Part shown: positions 8,837 through 17,200 of the stretch, piece by piece
Layout of the letters: each line of letters starts with the position of its first letter
Position numbering within the stretch: position 1 is the stretch's first letter
Origin: Myxococcales bacterium
GTDB lineage: Bacteria; Myxococcota; Myxococcia; Myxococcales; 40CM-4-68-19
NCBI GenBank assembly: GCA_036393595.1
Contig: DASWGQ010000373.1
Span: 1 to 38,582, forward strand
DNA length: 38,582 nucleotides
Reading direction: 5' to 3'
The notes under the pieces: generated by a model
Told to the model about the DNA's origin: nothing
The model's input: the letters and a program-made list of their open reading frames with translations, nothing else
The model's database searches: none
Position numbers and translations under genes: made by a program

Positions 8837-8905
8837 CGGCGTGTCACTGTCCGGCCTACTGTTTGCTACTGACCTCCCGGGGGTTTGCGCGGGAGCGGCA
8901 ACGAC

Positions 8906-9997
8906 ATGAACGTCGAGCGCCTTCCAGTCCGACATCACGAGCGCGTGGCCGTCCTCCTCAACGCCAACGCCGGCGCGGTCTCCGACGACCTCCGGCGCGA
9001 ACTGGAGAACTTCGTCCCGCCCGAGGACGTCTTCTACTCGCGCACCTTCGAAGACGCGCGCGCCATCGCCCGCACCGTCCTGGAGCGCGGGTACTCGACC
9101 GTCCTCACCGGCGGTGGCGACGGCACCTTCGTCGGCTACGTGAACTGCCTCTTCGAAGAGGCTGCCCGGCCGGAGGTGGTGGTGCAAGGCGGAGCGGCGG
9201 TGCAGCTCGCGCGGCACCGCTACCGCGTGCCCCGCGTGGGCGTGCTCAAGCTCGGCACCGGCAATGCGGTGGCGGAGTTCTGCGGCTCGTCCGCCCGGCG
9301 CGTGGGCGTCGTCGAGGACATCCTGCGCGCTCGCTCCGGCGAGGTGGCGCAGGCGCGCGAGGTGCACCTGCTCGACTGCGAGGGCAAGCTGGCGCCCTTC
9401 GCCGGCCTGGGCATCGACGCCGCCGTGCTGAACGACTACGTGCGCCTGAAGAAGGGCCTCGAGGGCGGGAAGCTCCGGTTCGCCGGCGCGGGCGGGCTCG
9501 GCTACTTCCTCTCGATCGTGGGCCGCACCATCCCGGGCTACCTCCTGCAGCGCGGCGTTCCGCAGGTGGAGGTGGTGAACCTCGGCGCGCCGGCGCGGCA
9601 GCTCGGGCCCGACGGGAAGCCGCTCGGCCGCGACATCGCGCGCGGGGAAGTCATCTACCGTGGCCCGTGCCGCATCGCCGCCGCCGGAAGCGTCCCTTGC
9701 TATGGCTTCGGCTTCCACATGTTCCCCTTCGCCCGCAAGGCCCCGGGCCGGTTCCAGCTGCGCATCTCGACGATGGGACTGCCCAGGATGCTGGCCCAGT
9801 TCCCGCGCATCTGGCGCGGGCACACGCCCCGCGGCGGCCTGCTCGACTTCCATTGCGACAAGGTCCAGATCGCCTTCGACCGCGAGATGCCCCTGCAGGT
9901 CGGCGGCGACGCCGAGGGCTATCGCAAGCAGCTGGTGGTCGGCATGGGCGACGAGCCGCTCGAGCTGCTCGACTTCTCCCGCCCCGCCTCTGCGTAG
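8906..9997 (+). CDS. Diacylglycerol-kinase-catalytic-domain lipid kinase (YegS/BmrU-like)
   Basis: VAVLLNANAGA...TVLTGGGDGTF (GGDGT motif)...LKLGTGNA. ATG at 8906 is preceded by GGGAG. The track ORF starts at TTG 8885. Confidence 0.8.
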   Translation: MNVERLPVRHHERVAVLLNANAGAVSDDLRRELENFVPPEDVFYSRTFEDARAIARTVLERGYSTVLTGGGDGTFVGYVNCLFEEAARPEVVVQGGAAVQLARHRYRVPRVGVLKLGTGNAVAEFCGSSARRVGVVEDILRARSGEVAQAREVHLLDCEGKLAPFAGLGIDAAVLNDYVRLKKGLEGGKLRFAGAGGLGYFLSIVGRTIPGYLLQRGVPQVEVVNLGAPARQLGPDGKPLGRDIARGEVIYRGPCRIAAAGSVPCYGFGFHMFPFARKAPGRFQLRISTMGLPRMLAQFPRIWRGHTPRGGLLDFHCDKVQIAFDREMPLQVGGDAEGYRKQLVVGMGDEPLELLDFSRPASA

Positions 9998-9998
9998 C

Positions 9999-10119
9999 CT
10001 ACAGGCGTTTCACGCGGAGCGCGCTGAGAGCGCGGAGCGCGCAGAGTTGTTTTTCGAAAATCGATTTTCTTCGCGCGCTTTCTTTTCCTCTCCGCGCGCT
10101 CCGCGTGAAACGCTTGTAG
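9999..10119. repeat. Long-hairpin intergenic repeat element, copy A (26-bp terminal inverted repeats, 1 mismatch)
   Basis: Left arm CTACAGGCGTTTCACGCGGAGCGCGC (9999-10024). Right arm GCGCGCTCCGCGTGAAACGCTTGTAG (10094-10119). The inner GCGGAGCGCGC unit is duplicated. The T-rich centre contains TTTTCGAAAA. The element sits between the convergent stops of the lipid-kinase and phoH2 genes. Confidence 0.75.
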
Positions 10120-10132
10120 GCAATTGCGCGGC

Positions 10133-11539
10133 CTAGAGGACGTTGGAGGCGAGCTCGGCGAGGGCGCTGCGCTCGCCCTTGGTCAGGGTGATGTGCCCGG
10201 CCAGGCGTTCGCTGCGGAACTTGTTCACCACGTGGATGAGGCCGTTGTTGGTGGAGTCCACGTAGGGATTGTCGATCTGGTAGGGATCGCCGGTCAGCAC
10301 GATCTTCGTGTTGTCGCCCACGCGGGTGATGATGGTCTTCACCTCGTGCGGGGTGAGGTTCTGCGCCTCGTCGACGATGATGTACTGGTTGGGGATGCTG
10401 CGGCCGCGGATGTAGGTGAGCGGCTCGATCGCCACCAGGCCCAGGTCGACCAGCTCCTTGTAGCTGCGGCCCGCCTTCTTGTCGGCGCGCGACAGCCCCA
10501 TGAGGAACTCGACGTTGTCGTAGATGGGCTGCATCCAGGGATTCAGCTTCTCCTCGACGCTGCCGGGCAGGTAGCCGATGTCCTTGCCGAGCGGGAACAC
10601 GGGGCGCGAGACCAGCATCTTCTGGAAGACCTGCTCCTCCATCGTCTTCTGCAGGCCGGCGGCGATGGCGAGCAGCGTCTTTCCCGTGCCGGCCTTGCCG
10701 ACGATGGTGACCAGCTTGATCTCGTCGTTGAGGAGCAGATCGAGCGCGAAGCTCTGCTCCTTGTTGCGCGGCCGCAGGCCCCAGGCGCCCTCTTTGAGCG
10801 ACTTGAGCAGCGGCACGAACTTGCCCTTGGCCGCGTTGTACTTGGCGAGCGCGGTGTGGCTCGCGGCGTCGCGGTCCTTGAGCAGCGCGAACTCGTTGGG
10901 ACAGACCGTGCCGGCGATCGCCTCGGGCACCGGCAGCTCGCCGTGCGCGTAGAACGAGTCGATCTCGCCGCGCGAGGCCTCCACCTCGCGCACGCCCATG
11001 TAGACCTCGGGATTCTCGATCTTGTCGTTTCGATAATCCTCGCTGGGCAATCCGAGCGCGTCGGCGCGGATGCGGAGGTTCACGTCCTTGCTGACGAACA
11101 CGCAGCGCAGATTGGGCTCGCGGTCCTTGATGTCCGTGGCCAGCGCCAGGATGCGGTTGTCGGCCAGGTGGCCGTTCATCAGCTCGCGCGGCAGCTCCTT
11201 CTGGGTGAAGAGCACCCGCAGCGTGCCGCCCCCTTCGAGCGGGACCCCCTCGGTGAGCGAGCCTCCTTCGGCGCGGAAGGCGTCCAGGTCGCGCGAGACC
11301 TGGCGGGCGTTGCGGCCCAGCTCGGACAGGTCGCGCTTGAACTTGTCGATCTCCTCCACCACGTAGATGGGGATGATGACGTTGTTGTCCTTGAACTTGA
11401 ACAGCGCGCTCGGATCGTGGAGAAGGACGTTGGTATCGAGGACGTAGTTCTTTCTCAACGAGGGCTCCCGGGCGGCTCGACCCTTCGGCCGGAGCGTAGA
11501 TCGGGAGGGTCCGGAAGCGAAGCCCGAAATCGTCCTCAA
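10133..11539 (-). CDS. phoH2: PIN-domain / PhoH-like ATPase fusion (PhoH2 / YlaK family)
   Basis: N-terminal PIN (YVLDTNVLLHDP...IIPIYVVEEIDKFK), then a PhoH domain with Walker A (VGKAGTGKTLLA) and IIVDEAQNLTPHEVKTIITRVGDNTKIVLTGDPYQID. The start overlaps the cyclase stop by 4 nt. Confidence 0.9.
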   Translation of the reverse strand: MRTISGFASGPSRSTLRPKGRAAREPSLRKNYVLDTNVLLHDPSALFKFKDNNVIIPIYVVEEIDKFKRDLSELGRNARQVSRDLDAFRAEGGSLTEGVPLEGGGTLRVLFTQKELPRELMNGHLADNRILALATDIKDREPNLRCVFVSKDVNLRIRADALGLPSEDYRNDKIENPEVYMGVREVEASRGEIDSFYAHGELPVPEAIAGTVCPNEFALLKDRDAASHTALAKYNAAKGKFVPLLKSLKEGAWGLRPRNKEQSFALDLLLNDEIKLVTIVGKAGTGKTLLAIAAGLQKTMEEQVFQKMLVSRPVFPLGKDIGYLPGSVEEKLNPWMQPIYDNVEFLMGLSRADKKAGRSYKELVDLGLVAIEPLTYIRGRSIPNQYIIVDEAQNLTPHEVKTIITRVGDNTKIVLTGDPYQIDNPYVDSTNNGLIHVVNKFRSERLAGHITLTKGERSALAELASNVL

Positions 11540-13644
11540 GCCGCTGCCTTTCCGGGGCCGGACTCGACGCGATTCCGCCCCGTCTGCTTGGCCCTATACA
11601 GCGCCCGGTCGGCGGTGGTGAGCAGCTCGTCCGGGTTCTGTCCCCCGCCCGGCCAGGTGGCGACGCCCACGCTGACGGTGACGCGCAACGAGCCCTGCTC
11701 GGTGACGTGGGAAGTCCCTTCGACGGCCGCCCGAAGCCGCTCCGCGATGGCTCGCGCGCCCGCAGCATCGGTCTCCGGCAGGACCACCGCCAGCTCCTCG
11801 CCGCCGTAGCGCGCCACCAGGTCGGTCTCGCGCGCCTGCGCGCGCGCGACCGCCGCCACCCCGCGCAGGACTGCATCGCCGGCCGGGTGGCCGTGCGTGT
11901 CGTTCACCTTCTTGAAATGGTCGACGTCGAGCAGGACCAGCGAGAGCGGCCGGCGGTAGCGCTGGGCCTCGCGGACCCGCGCCGCGAGCTGCGCGCTGAG
12001 CGTGCGGCGGTTCAGCAGGCCGGTGAGGCCGTCGGTGGTGGCGAGCTTCTCGGCCTGCTCGTACAGGCGCGTGCGCACCAGCGCCGCGGCGGCCTGCAGC
12101 GCCAGCATCGCCAGCGAGGCCTGCACCGGGTCGGGCAGGCCGTCGCGGCGGCGAGTCCCGCACACCAAGGTGCCCACGGTGGTCTCGCCCGCCCGCATCG
12201 GGAAGATCTTCAGCGCGCCCAGGCCCCGTACGGCGGTGGCCGAGTCGAAGATGACCACGCGCTCCATCGCCTGCAGCTCGCGGCCGGGCAAGGGAGCTCC
12301 CAGCCGGACCACGTTGGCGACCAGGCCGGGGTTGTCGGCGAAGGTGAGGCCCGCCAGGGGACCTGCGCCCTCTCCCGCGACCGACTGGACGCGGTGCCGC
12401 GGCCGCGCTCCGGCGCGCGCGGGCTCCTCGACCAGCGTCACCGCGCACAGATCGAGCGTGCCCATCTCGCGCGCCTGCGCCACCGCGCAATCCGCCGCCT
12501 GCGCCAGGGTGGTGGTGCGATTCAGCTCCTCGAGGGCGCGGAAGAAGCGCGCCTTCTCCTCCTTCTCGCTGCGCACCGCGGCGAGCAGGCGCTCCCCTTC
12601 CATCGCGCGCACCACCTCGCCGGCGAGCGACGTCAGCACCTGCTCGTCGGCGGGCCCGAAGGCGGCCTCGCGATCGGCGACCAGCGCGCCGAGCACGCGC
12701 TCCTGCAGGTCGCGCAGCGGCACACCGCAGAAGCAGTGCACCGGAGCCGGGCCGTCGTAATGCGAGAGCGCGGGACCGTCGCCCTGCAACAGGACCGGCC
12801 TCGCCGCCGCGAGCACGGCGCCCAGCGCACCCTCGCGCGTGGGCAGCGGGCCGCGGAAGAGGTGGTCGCTGCGGGAGATCGAGTCGCGCAGGCGCACGGT
12901 CGCGCCGTCCGGCGAGAGCAGGAAGACCGCGACCGTGTGCGGCTGCAGCGCGGCGGCGGCCACCGAGAGCGCGCCGCGGACCGACTCCTCGATCTCCGAC
13001 ACGGCCGCGAGGAGCTGCCGGTCCGGGTCGGCCTGGGCGGTGGCGACCAGGCGGAACTCGCGCGCGCTGCGCTCCGCGTCCGCCACGCGGCGCCGCACCG
13101 CCTCCTCCTCCGCGGTCCGCGCGGCCCGCAGGCGCGCGGCGAGCACGCCGTGGTAGAGCGCGGCGAAGACGGCGGTGAAGGCGGCGTGCGTGGCGAAGAG
13201 CGGCCAGCGCACGGGCAGCGCGCCCTGGGCGAGGAAGAGCCCCGCATCCAGGCCCAGCAGCCATCCCAGCGCGGGGAGCGCGAAGCGCAAGGGGAGCGCC
13301 AGCGCGTAGCCGGCCCCCAGGAGATACACGAGAGGATAGAGCGGGCTCGACAGGCCCCCGCCGAGCTGCGCCAGCGCCAGCGCGCCTACCGCCGACAGCG
13401 CGCACGCCTCCACCGTCCACCGGGCGGGCGCGCGTGCGCCGCTCAGCTTCCGCGTCACCTGCCGCAGCGCCGCCCACACCCCGGCGGCGACCAGGAACGT
13501 CCAGGAGGCAATGCGGGCGGGATCTAACTGGGCGGACTGCGCGAAGGCTCCGCGCACCAGCAGGACCGCAAGCGCGAGGATCGCGGCGGGCATGGCTGCC
13601 CTGCTCGCCCAACGCCGCGCCCGCCTGGTCCAGTGCTCCGCCAT
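11536..13644 (-). CDS. Membrane-anchored GAF-GAF-GGDEF diguanylate cyclase
   Basis: About 5 N-terminal TM helices and two GAF-like regions. The C-terminus reads DGLTGLLNRR...LLDVDHFKKVNDTHGHPAGD...RETDLVARYGGEELAVVL, with a GGEEL active site and an RxxD I-site five residues upstream. Confidence 0.9.
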   Translation of the reverse strand: MAEHWTRRARRWASRAAMPAAILALAVLLVRGAFAQSAQLDPARIASWTFLVAAGVWAALRQVTRKLSGARAPARWTVEACALSAVGALALAQLGGGLSSPLYPLVYLLGAGYALALPLRFALPALGWLLGLDAGLFLAQGALPVRWPLFATHAAFTAVFAALYHGVLAARLRAARTAEEEAVRRRVADAERSAREFRLVATAQADPDRQLLAAVSEIEESVRGALSVAAAALQPHTVAVFLLSPDGATVRLRDSISRSDHLFRGPLPTREGALGAVLAAARPVLLQGDGPALSHYDGPAPVHCFCGVPLRDLQERVLGALVADREAAFGPADEQVLTSLAGEVVRAMEGERLLAAVRSEKEEKARFFRALEELNRTTTLAQAADCAVAQAREMGTLDLCAVTLVEEPARAGARPRHRVQSVAGEGAGPLAGLTFADNPGLVANVVRLGAPLPGRELQAMERVVIFDSATAVRGLGALKIFPMRAGETTVGTLVCGTRRRDGLPDPVQASLAMLALQAAAALVRTRLYEQAEKLATTDGLTGLLNRRTLSAQLAARVREAQRYRRPLSLVLLDVDHFKKVNDTHGHPAGDAVLRGVAAVARAQARETDLVARYGGEELAVVLPETDAAGARAIAERLRAAVEGTSHVTEQGSLRVTVSVGVATWPGGGQNPDELLTTADRALYRAKQTGRNRVESGPGKAAA

Positions 13645-13653
13645 GCGCGCGCC

Positions 13654-13953
13654 TCACTCGAACTTGACGAGAACCTCGTCGGGACGGACGAAACCGAGCT
13701 GCTCGCGCGCTTCCTTCTCCAGGACGCGCGGATCCATCGGGGAGGAGAGCGCCCGGACGCGCCGCTGCAGGCGCGCGTTCTCCTCGCGCAGGGCGTGGTT
13801 CGCCGCCTCTTGCCGGGCCATGTCCTGGTCCAGCCTGCGGAGCAGCCGCACCCCGCGCGGGTCGGCCAGCGCCGCCGCGGCGATCGCCAGCGACGCCACC
13901 GCCGCTCCCGCCACCAACGCCCGCGGCCTCCCGATGATCCCCGACAAGTCCAT
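13654..13953 (-). CDS. ftsB: Septum formation initiator FtsB/DivIC family
   Basis: Starts at the internal ATG 13953 (MDLSGIIGRPRALVAGAAVASLAIAAAAL). One TM helix, a coiled coil, and the C-terminal EKEAREQLGFVRPDEVLVKF signature. It ends 9 nt upstream of the cyclase gene. Confidence 0.75.
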   Translation of the reverse strand: MDLSGIIGRPRALVAGAAVASLAIAAAALADPRGVRLLRRLDQDMARQEAANHALREENARLQRRVRALSSPMDPRVLEKEAREQLGFVRPDEVLVKFE

Positions 13954-14037
13954 CGCCAGGCAGCGTTCCACGCACCACCGCACCCAGCAAGAAAACCGCC
14001 CCCACATCCAACCACCCCAGCCGCGATGCTGACGAAG

Positions 14038-14168
14038 AGCGTTTCAGGGGAGAGCGGAAGGGACGGAAGGACGGAAGATCATTTTTCGGTATCGCCGCGG
14101 GCGCCCGAGCCGGCACGCCCAACTGAACCTTCCGCGCTCCCGGATCTTCCGCGCTCCCCTGAAACGCT
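14038..14168. repeat. Long-hairpin intergenic repeat element, copy B (23-bp terminal inverted repeats, 1 mismatch)
   Basis: Left arm AGCGTTTCAGGGGAGAGCGGAAG (14038-14060). Right arm CTTCCGCGCTCCCCTGAAACGCT (14146-14168). The inner unit is repeated: CGGAAG x3 on the left, CTTCCGCGCTCCC x2 on the right. The centre is ATTTTTCGGTATCG. It shares the GCGTTTCA...GGAG termini and the TTTTTCGnnATCG core with copy A. Confidence 0.75.
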
Positions 14169-14202
14169 TTGGTTCACCGCTGCGGCGCAGAGGGCCGGCG
14201 GG

Positions 14203-17200
14203 TCAGCGCGATTCGAAAGACTGTTCCAGTTCGTCCATGAGGAGATCGTAGACGCGGCTGGAGACCTTCTCGAGGAATTCCTCGCCGTCGGGCAGGTCGT
14301 CCTTGCCGCCGGCGTCGTCGCCGCGGCTGCGGGTGCGCTTCGCGGTGTGGATGCCGTCGGATGCCGGAGCGCCCTCGCCGTCCGGGAGCTTGAAGTCCGG
14401 CGCGGGGCGGCTCAGGTTGAGCGTCTCCATCGCCGGCGCCGACCCGTAGCTGTGCTCCGCGTGCAGCGCCTCCGCCTCGGCCGTGCGCACGTCGAGGTTC
14501 TTGCGGCCCTTCTGCAGGACGTGCGTCAGCTCGTGCGCGAGCAGCTTCTCGCCTTCCGCGCTGCCGGGGCTGAACTTCCCGGGGGCGAAGAAGATGTGGT
14601 CCTTGACCGTCACCGCCTCGGCCGCGTAGCGGCTGGTGATCTGCGCCGCGCCCGGCCCCACGTGCACGCGCACGCCGGTGAAGTCGCCGCCGAGGAACTG
14701 CTCCATCCGCGCCTGCGTGAGCGCGTCGAGGCGCCGCGGCTCGTCGAGGGGGGAGCCGAGCCGCACCTGCTCCGGGCGCAGCCTGCCGTCGGTCCCGTCG
14801 CCGTCGGTGGTGGCGCGGAACAGGTGCAGCAGATCGCCGAAATGCCCCTTGCGCGCCTTGTGCGCGACCTTCGCCGTGCTGTGGCCGAACGACTCGACCC
14901 CCTCGAGGTCGTGCTTGCCCTCCCCGAGCGCCTCGTCGGCGGTCTTCAGGCCCCCGTGGGCCTCCTCCGCCCGCGCGTCCACCCAGCCCGCCGCGGCTCC
15001 GACCTGGTGCGCGAACCCGGCGGCCGAGCCGAGGTGGATGCGGTACAGGAACCCTTCCGCCTTGCCTGCCAGGTCGTGCGCCTTCTCCGCGGCGTGCTCG
15101 ACCACGTTCAGGCCGTGCATGCCGGTCTCGGCGTAGTGCATCGCCTTCCCGAGCAGGCCGGCGCCGGCGTGCGCCACGTGCGCGACGTCCTCGGCGAAGT
15201 CCTCCACCTTCTCGAATACCTTGGCGAAGAAGCCGCCCTTGCCCCGCCGCCGCCCGGGCCGCTGGTCGTCCTGCGGCGCCTGGTCCCGGTGGTCTTGCCC
15301 GCCGCGCGAGCCGTGCCCGCCGAGCCGCCGCTGACGTGGTCTGCGCCCCGCGGCTCCCTCGGCCGGCAAGAACGCTCCGAACACGTCCGAGAAGAGCTTG
15401 ACGCCCTCGCCCGACCCGATCCAGCTGTCGATGGCCGCGGGGTCCACGTCCTGGCCATCGTGCTCCGGGCGCTCTCCCCGCTGCGCGCCGCGGTCGACGA
15501 AGATGCGTCCGTCGTCGATGCCGCGGAGCACCTCGTCGACGAGGTCTCCCTGCGGCCGCCGTCCGCGCCGTCCGCCGGGCCGGTGCCGCGGGTGACCGTC
15601 CCGCTGGCCCGCCCGCTCCCGATCGAGGGCCGCGTCCTTCGACTCCAGGCCGCGCAGTCCGGAGACGAACTGGCGGAAGTGCGCGCGGATCTCTTGCAGG
15701 TGGTCGCGCAGCTTCGCCGCCCTGCCGGCGAGCGCCGGATCGCTCGCGGCTGCGCGCGCCGCGTCCTTCACGGCCGCCGCCGCCTGGTCGCTGAGCTCCT
15801 CCACGGAGCGGATGCGCTCCGCCGCCTCGGCGCCCCGGTCGCGCTCGAGCAGCTTCTGCACCGCCTTGACCGCGCCGTCCACGGCGCCGCCGAAATGCGC
15901 CACGGCGTGCGCTGCCGCCTGAACGGCCATCTGCGCGTCCGCGGGCGGGTGCGCTCCGTCGACCCCTGCGCGATCGAGGACCCGGACGTGCTCTCGCTCC
16001 GGCTCTTCCGGATGCCCCCGCCCGACGGGCCCCTCGGCGTCGTGCGGGCGCTCGCGGTGCCCCTTCTCCACGTGGCGCTGCGCGCCGAGCTGCAGCGCCT
16101 CCTCCAGCAGCTTGCGCCCTTCGTGCAGCCCTTTCTTCCCCCGCGCGGCGACCTGCAGCGCGCCGTGCAGCTTGTCGTGCCCTTTGTCCGCGGAATCGTG
16201 GACCTGGTCCGCGAAGTGTCCGATCGCCGAATCGTCGCCGAACAGGTCGCCCAGCGTCCCCGCGACCCGGGAGACCTCCTCGAGCCCGTGCTCCACCTTC
16301 CGCCCGGCCGCGATGCCCCGCCGGAACTTTCCCTCGACCATCCCCAGCTTGCGGTCGAGCTTGCGACCCGTCCGCACCGCGCTCTTCTGCAGCTGCTGAA
16401 CCTTCGCCAGCCCCTGCTCGGCGGACTTCCGCAACCCGCCCGTCTTCGGCGCCTTCGCCGCCTTCGGCTCGGCCTTCCCGCCGCGCCGCAGCGCCTTCTC
16501 CAGCTTGGCGATGCTCTGGTCGATGAGGCGATCCTGCGTGCCGTCGGCGAGGAAGTCGCGCGCGCCGCGGTCGCGCTCGTACTTCGCCTGCAGCGACCGG
16601 AGCTCGGACTTCGCCGCCCTGGCCTCGGCCAGCACCTTCTCCACGTGCGACCGGGCGTCGTCGTCGCCCAGCGCCCCCGCGAAGGCGATCACCTTGCCTT
16701 GCACGGCGAAGATGTCGCGCGTGTTGCGGTAGACGTCCGGGTGGGTCTGTTCGGAGATTCCCTGCCCGCTGACGCCGACGTGCTTGCCGAGGTCCTTCCC
16801 GCCGGCGATGGCGGAGTGCACGCTCGCGCGCGCCTTCTGCTGCCAATCCTCGTAGAAGGCGATCTCCTTCTCGTACTTCTCGTTCCCCCGGGCGAGCCGC
16901 TTGGCTTCGCCGATGCGCTTGGCGATCTCGTCGACCTGGAGGCCCAGGCCCATCAGCTCGTGGAGCGCCTGGTCGGTCTGGTCCTTCGCGCCCAGCTCGT
17001 GCGCCTTGCGCAGCCGCCGGGCCGACTCCAGCTCGAACCGCTGCACCTGCCGGGAGACCGAGCCGATGGCATTCCAGGACTGCGTCAGCCGCCTGGATCG
17101 CTCCTCGTCCGACTCGTGGGCGACCTCCGCGCGGGCAGCGGGAACGCCGCCCTGGAGGTGCTCGAGCTCCGGAGCGTCGTGGATCTTCTTGCGCCTCTTC

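Noticed and set aside
11594-14122. 842-aa minus-strand ORF and 606-aa + strand ORF over the GGDEF / ftsB region
   Set aside because: They are out of frame or antisense to the cyclase, whose GAF and GGEEL motifs are unambiguous. Their composition is artefactual.
9999-14168. The hairpin elements considered as tRNA, riboswitch or CRISPR repeats, or as IS/MITE with target-site duplications
   Set aside because: There is no cloverleaf or known riboswitch core. Only two copies are present, and they are 4 kb apart. No flanking direct duplication and no transposase are visible. They are kept only as an unclassified REP/MITE-like repeat family.
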